A DNA stretch of 64,000 nucleotides from Rhynchopus sp. YZ270_cl-10. Lineage: Eukaryota. The position numbers and the translations under genes are program-made. A model generated the notes under the pieces. It had not been told where the DNA came from and did not search any database. It worked only from the letters and a program-made list of their open reading frames with translations. The stretch covers positions 1,674,001-1,738,000 of the forward strand of contig OZ037843.1 of assembly GCA_964035575.1 (NCBI GenBank). The letters are read 5' to 3'. Positions 58,043 through 64,000 of the stretch are shown piece after piece; positions within the stretch are counted from its first letter, which is position 1; the number at the start of each line of letters is the position of its first letter.

Positions 58043-60005
58043 TACTACGCACATCTGACTCTCTGGTGCACTTTTCTACGCGGTGTTTCCACACCGCACA
58101 TTATTTTTGCTGCTGTTCATAGGACGACTGTAGTTTACTCGAAAGCACCAGCATTTGCATTTCCGGAATCCGTCCATCACCAAAAAGGCGTCGGGCCTAC
58201 CCCCCCCAGTGAGTCTTTTCGTTCCCGAATGCTATTTAATTACTCCCATAATAAAATGTTGTATTTTCACTTTTTTTTTAAACCCCAAATACACACCACT
58301 TTTTCAGGCTATTTTTGACCTGAGAAGCGAATTCTTACTGGTACACAAACTCCATTTCCCAGACCATATTTTCTGGGTTGCTTCTGTCATGACTATTTTG
58401 GTGCGATTTGTAAAGATTCGTTGTCCGTGCGGTACTTTGTGTTTTCATCCGGGACTGGCATCGTAGCGTGTTAGTCGGAGGTGCCTGCACTAATAGCTAC
58501 ACTTTTGTGTGCGCTAGTTTATATCAAAAGCACTTTCCCTTCCTCTTCTTGCTTCTTCAATTATTTTGTCTCACTGCCTAACCTGCTTGGTCAGTACACA
58601 GTCGATGAGCTGTTACATGAAAATACCAATGAGAAAATATATATACTGGCAGTTCCTGCTTGAGGAATGATCTTGGTTGATCCCTTGAGACTGAGTGCCA
58701 GATGGGCTCGTCTTTCATGGGTTAGAGTTCTTGTGGTCTCTGGTGTTGCGGGTATTTTTTATGTTCTCTCTGTGCTGTTTGCATCCTGCTTGCCAGCTTC
58801 GCTTGCAGGAACGCAAATGAGTTTGTACCTGTGTTCCTGCTTGAGTAAGGATAGATGTAGATGGATCACGTGGATTAGACAGCACATATGGGCTCGCCTG
58901 TACTGGGTTTGAGCTTGCGGTCTTGTAGGACAGAGTACGGGATGCTCGGGTGTCTTCTGTGTTTCTTTTTCGGTGCTATTTGCACCCTTCGCTCTCCCTG
59001 TTGCATGAATGTTGGCGAGTCTTTTTACGTAGTGTTCCTGTGGTCTCTTAGTGGATAGAGTACTGGATGCTTGCTTTACGTTTCATGTTTTTTTCTTACG
59101 ATATTTCTGCGACGCTCGGCGTGGCGTTTTTATGACGTTTCTCTGATCCCTCCCTCTGGAGCATGGATACATGCTTCTTTAGCTCTGTCGGCACACAGCC
59201 TCATCGGCGTGTTGCTCTTCTTCTGTTTCTCGCGTCTTTGTCATAAATCAGAAAAATATGCGAACGTCTTCTGCCATGACTTTTTTGATTTGTGTCGAAG
59301 TTGTTTTGCCTTGAGATGTGGGGATGCACGATTACGCCCACACGGGTCACTGGCCCTCTGCATCTGACACTCCCTGCAGGGTCGTGTGAGTGACGCAGTG
59401 TCACTCCTGGAGAGAGTGCCGCACTACTAAAACACCATACACCAAAGAGCTGTGTGCCCACACCCACCCTCACCATGTCTTTTACACTGTACGAGAAGGC
59501 TTTGTTAAGAAAACCCATTTGTTTCGTGGCTTGGTTTATTTCGCAAACCCGCAAGTTTGGGGGTTTGCAGCCGCGTTGAAGCCTGGCAAGGATTGCACCT
59601 TTAAAGTCGAAATGGATACAAACCCAATGACAAACCTTTGCGAATCCTTGTTGATGTGTGTGCCAAGGCGCTTTCATCCTTCGCGTGTTTAATTGTTTTC
59701 CCCTTTCCGCAGGCTTCTTGTCTTCTGACAAAAAGGTAAACTGACAAAAGCAAACACCCCATTGCCCCTTCTCTGTTTCATTCTATTTGTTGATTTTGCA
59801 TACATCGATAATATACCTTTTAGATCAGTTCTCTGTTGTCTGTGTTCCCTCTACGCCACTTCTGTTGTGCAGTCTCAATGTGTGGCGGAGCAGCATTCTC
59901 GCACACACTTTACCACCTACCATGTGCCTGCGTCGGTGTACGGTGGGGATTTGCACTTTCAATGTCGGAATACCGAACCGGGACACTGTCTCTGGAGCAG
60001 GACTG

Positions 60006-60258
60006 ACAGGTTGTGTACGCTGTGAAGGAGTTGGTCAGTATGAAGAATGAAGAGTGGATGTACCAGCTGGAGGCCCTCGAGCAAAACAACCCTCACGCAC
60101 TGTGGAACGAGGCTTTTGCACACATCATTGCACAGGAGTTTAGCCAGGCTGCTTGTGTGCTTGACAGCCTAGGCGCAGAGCAACTGCAGCAATACGACAC
60201 GCTTGTGAGATATGTGCAGCAGAGAGCTTTTACACCGTACGTTGTGAACATGCACTGA
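60006..60258 (+). pseudogene. 3' remnant of a type A receptor gene after a ~2.4-kb deletion
   Basis: Type A upstream module (59565-60009) is fused directly to the last ~83 codons (QVVYAVKEL...YVVNMH*) through a shared ACAG. 3' flank matches 50266-50335. Confidence 0.9.
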
Positions 60259-60683
60259 GGTTTGATGGGTTTTATTCTGGACACGAAACATTTGGCGCTC
60301 TGCGTTTGTGAGTGTCTTTACTGTGGGGGGGCGCATACGCCACCTCCACTTCAGCGAGTTGGGGGTCGCAAGGATCGTTGAGATCCTCGCTCCCCCCGTA
60401 GGTATATATGAGTAATTCTAAAGTACACACCTACTCTAGCCACTTCCTCAGTGCCTCAAACTGTTCGAGATGGTCACAGACGCACTGATTTTCCGAAAGT
60501 TGGAATCTCAGACAAAACGTCGTCATACCGCCATAAGCACAGACTTGGCAATACCTGATAGTAGGCAGGGGGGCGTAGTTTGTGGCTTAACTTTGTAATT
60601 AGCACGAATTACCTTCGGGAAAACTGATATCAAACACCACACATCCCCAGACACTCTCTTCCCTTTCTGTACACCTCAGAACA

Positions 60684-63299
60684 ATGGTGTCATGCGGGAT
60701 CCAGTCGCTGACAATACTGCTGTGTGTGGTGCTGATTCTGTCGACAGGTGCGATCATCGGTGGCTTCACTCTGTCAACATGGGACGACCTTCTGGAGAAG
60801 GCACGTGACACAGGTGACGAGGGCTTCGGGATGTGTCTCGACAGTGGTACGGCGGACATCGAAACGGTCTCGGCACGCTACCTGCGTTCTGTTCTTGGCA
60901 ACGTGGACACGGCAGTGAAGGAGTACCTGAAGGTGCCTGAGCAGCTCGTGGTCTCGCTTGCCAACCTTGCTCAGGCACACCACCCAAACATCAGCACGAG
61001 CCCTGCCTTTGCGGCCACAGTAATGCGTCCTGCAGCCTTGTCCGCTTATTTGGCTGGGAGGACGTCCGGACTCGTCCATATCGGAAACGAAGCGTATCCG
61101 TGGTGTGCGGCACATCCTGTTCCGTGGAAGAGGGGTGACGGGAACGCAGGGTGGGGCTCGCGGATCACGTACAGGGAGCTGAATGCTCGGAGTGGTGTCC
61201 TCCCAACGAACGGAAGCAAGGTCACCTTGTTCTACGGTTTCCGTCACTCAGTCACCTTGTCAGAGGGTCTGTCAGATGTCTCCGTTCTTTCCGAAATTGA
61301 CGAGATGGGTGACATCAGGGACCCCTCACTGCCGTGCTCGCACTATCCGGACTACAACAAGAACGAGTGGCGTGGACTTTGCCAGTTTCCCATCCATCTC
61401 GTCGAACCCGAAGGCGGGGACACGGTACAGCAGCGTGGGAGACAGATTTACAACCTGGGCGCCAACGATCCACCCCTGAACCCTGCAGACACGCTCGTCT
61501 ACTCACACACGCAGGTCACCTGGGATATGATGTGGTGGGAGCTGAGCTACACCTACACCCACCCAGATATGTACACGATGCACCCCAAGCAGGGCAAGCG
61601 TGTGGGTTCTGTCAGTGCCAGCGTGAATGCAGACGGGGTAGCCGACGCAGTGCGTGCACAGCTGCTCCCAACCGGCACGTCGCTGTACCTGGTCGATTAT
61701 GACAGTGCAACAGACTCAGTTGGGACACTTGTCGCATACAACAGAGGACGGCAGCTGCGGATAAAGATGGCCATGAGTACGCTGGGCATCGACCTTCCCT
61801 TAGCGTCGAGCATCAACATAACGAACCACTCGATGGAAGACGCGACGTCGCACATCCCCTCAGTGATTGCAGAGCACGGACGGTTTGTGTTCACACACCC
61901 GCGGAACTACAAAGACCTTGTGGAGATGACAGAGGACTCCTTCCTGAAGTGGCCTGACTCGAACGGCACGGAGTACTGGACAATCACGTCGACAATTGAA
62001 CACAAAACGATTGCGTTGTACGCAAACCTTCTTGTGCCGAGAGAGTCTGTGATGCACTCGATTGATGCGTCGACGAATGCAATCCGTGCGAAGGTGGCAT
62101 CAGATCTGTCCTCTGCAGACACACAGAAGGAGGATGCGGTGACTGTGATGGCGATTGTGACGGCTGTTGCGGTTATCGGACTTCTTGCCATTGCTGTTGT
62201 GTTCACACGCTACATCACGTCACCTCTGCTGAAGCTTGGGAGTGAGATGGCAAGTGTGGCTGTGATGGACCTGGAGGCTGTGGACACGGGCCGTGCAGTG
62301 TCGCAGCTGAGTGAAGTGGGGATGATGCAGCGCAGCTTTGTTACCATGGTGGCAAACCTGGTGGAGTACCGGAACTACATGCCGCAGAGTGTGCTTGTCA
62401 ACGACACTGAGAATGAGGAAGTGTCCGTAACAAAGTCCTCACGGGAGACGAGGTCGCAGTCAGGCATGTCCGGTCATTCACCTACGACACAGAGTTCAGT
62501 TGTTGAGATACAGAACCAGAAGGCACTGCTGCGTGTTCAAGGGATGAAGAAGAAGAAGGTGTCGTTGGCACATATGAACGTCGTGTCGTGGCACGCCTTC
62601 TGCAAGAAGCGCAAGGACGCAGAAGTGCTCTCCGCACACGGTGGTGTGATTGAGACGATCCTGACAGCAGTGCAGCACAACAAGGGTGTATGCGACACGT
62701 TTGCTGGCGACAAGATGCTTGCCACCTTCAACGCCTTTGTTCCGAAGCCGTCACACAGTGTTTCCTGTGTGAAGGCTGCACACGAAGCAGCAAAAGCACT
62801 TGGTGATGTGCACAAGATCTCGTATGGGTGCACGACAGGCGAGGCACGTGTCGGGAACATGGGTTGCAACGGGATGAAGAAAGTGTCGATTCTTTCACAG
62901 TCCATGTCGTGGGTGGTTGTGCTTGAGCGTTGGAACAAGAAGTGCAACCTACCTGGTGTCATTGACCGTCATGTGTCACGTGAGGCTGAGGGACAGGTGG
63001 TGTTCCAGTGTGCAGGTGCTGTGCTGTACGAGAAGTTCAGTGAGAAGACACAGACTGTGTTTGCTGTGAAGGGTCTGTGCAGCAGCGAAAACGAGGAGTG
63101 GATGTACCAGCTGGAGTCTGCCTCAAACAACCCTCACGCACTGTGGAACGAGGTCTTCGAGCACATCATCAAACAGGACTTTGAGAAGGCGTCTTCTCTG
63201 CTGGACAGCGTCGCTCAGGACCAACGCACACCTTACGAAGAGCTTGTGGGCTATGTGGAGGCGAAGGCTTATGCACCGTACGTTGTGGAAATGCACTGA
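60684..63299 (+). CDS. Receptor cyclase-like protein, array copy 4 (871 aa, type B tail)
   Basis: Full ORF homologous to copies 1-3; same leader and 3' flank as copy 3. Confidence 0.92.
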   Translation: MVSCGIQSLTILLCVVLILSTGAIIGGFTLSTWDDLLEKARDTGDEGFGMCLDSGTADIETVSARYLRSVLGNVDTAVKEYLKVPEQLVVSLANLAQAHHPNISTSPAFAATVMRPAALSAYLAGRTSGLVHIGNEAYPWCAAHPVPWKRGDGNAGWGSRITYRELNARSGVLPTNGSKVTLFYGFRHSVTLSEGLSDVSVLSEIDEMGDIRDPSLPCSHYPDYNKNEWRGLCQFPIHLVEPEGGDTVQQRGRQIYNLGANDPPLNPADTLVYSHTQVTWDMMWWELSYTYTHPDMYTMHPKQGKRVGSVSASVNADGVADAVRAQLLPTGTSLYLVDYDSATDSVGTLVAYNRGRQLRIKMAMSTLGIDLPLASSINITNHSMEDATSHIPSVIAEHGRFVFTHPRNYKDLVEMTEDSFLKWPDSNGTEYWTITSTIEHKTIALYANLLVPRESVMHSIDASTNAIRAKVASDLSSADTQKEDAVTVMAIVTAVAVIGLLAIAVVFTRYITSPLLKLGSEMASVAVMDLEAVDTGRAVSQLSEVGMMQRSFVTMVANLVEYRNYMPQSVLVNDTENEEVSVTKSSRETRSQSGMSGHSPTTQSSVVEIQNQKALLRVQGMKKKKVSLAHMNVVSWHAFCKKRKDAEVLSAHGGVIETILTAVQHNKGVCDTFAGDKMLATFNAFVPKPSHSVSCVKAAHEAAKALGDVHKISYGCTTGEARVGNMGCNGMKKVSILSQSMSWVVVLERWNKKCNLPGVIDRHVSREAEGQVVFQCAGAVLYEKFSEKTQTVFAVKGLCSSENEEWMYQLESASNNPHALWNEVFEHIIKQDFEKASSLLDSVAQDQRTPYEELVGYVEAKAYAPYVVEMH

Positions 63300-64000
63300 T
63301 GCTACGCACATCTGACTCTCTGGTGCACTTCCACACAAAATTTCGTGATTTTTACCAAAAACAAGTCGATTTTTGAAAAAATCTTTACTGGGGGGGGGCG
63401 AATAAGAGATGTGGCATCTCTTATTAGGCGAACGGACGAGCCAGAAATAAAAAAAATTTTTTGGGGGAAAAAAAGCAAAAAGACATTTTCGCCGGAGGCA
63501 AAAAAAATATTTTGACCACTTTTTTGCCAGACCGGGTAGACAGGGTAAAATTTCAAAAAAAAATTTCAAGATAAAACCCTGTCGCATGCAAAAAAAAAAA
63601 AAAAAAAAATACCCCCAAAATCTCCAGGGTAGATCCTTAGCGAAAGTGAAAATAAGGATTCGAGAGTTTTTATTTTTTTTTCCTTTTTTTTTTTCCTTTT
63701 TTCTCTGGCCCATTTTTTTGGTTACCTACTAATTTCCAGCCACAGAGTGGCACCACCACGGTCCGCAATCGATCCGGAAAGTCAAAATAAGGGGAAAACC
63801 AAAAGGAAAAAAAGTAAAAGTTCGCTACCGTTTTTTTGGCTGGCCTTCTGCCCGCCAATGCCCCTTTAATATTTGTCTTCACTTCATAAGACAAGGACCA
63901 ATGAGTCAGTGTCACCTTGCATAAGACAATTTTGAAGCATATTTTTGAAGAACACAATTACTATGTCCACAAACCCGCAAAGCGGACCATTGTAAAAAGG

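Noticed and set aside
43930..61815. Diversity-generating retroelement as the source of receptor variability
   Set aside because: Substitutions are not adenine-specific, and there is no template repeat or reverse transcriptase in the window.

Overview
Eukaryotic, probably euglenozoan protist DNA. A diplonemid-like origin is inferred from intronless GC-rich genes all on the + strand, pyrimidine-rich leaders and receptor-type cyclases. Genes in order: the 3' end of one copy and a complete second copy of a ~1580-aa beta-rich/Ig-like/hydrophobic-tail protein; an LRR protein; and a cluster of seven membrane receptor class III nucleotide-cyclase-like genes plus a deletion remnant. Only one of these (22555-25716) keeps all canonical catalytic residues, and it carries a complete dCache_1 amino-acid-binding motif. 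The others have degenerate cyclase domains ending in a (D/E)EWMY motif. Four form a tandem array whose N-terminal halves differ almost only in mosaic patches of the extracellular sensor. The AT-rich intergenic DNA is dense with non-autonomous DNA transposons that have recognisable TIRs and TSDs (hAT-, Mutator-, PIF/Harbinger- and Tc1/mariner-like, often nested), 7-8-bp microsatellites and a 117-bp satellite. No rRNA, tRNA, CRISPR array or intact transposase was seen. All domain and family calls come from reading motifs by eye; no database search was run.
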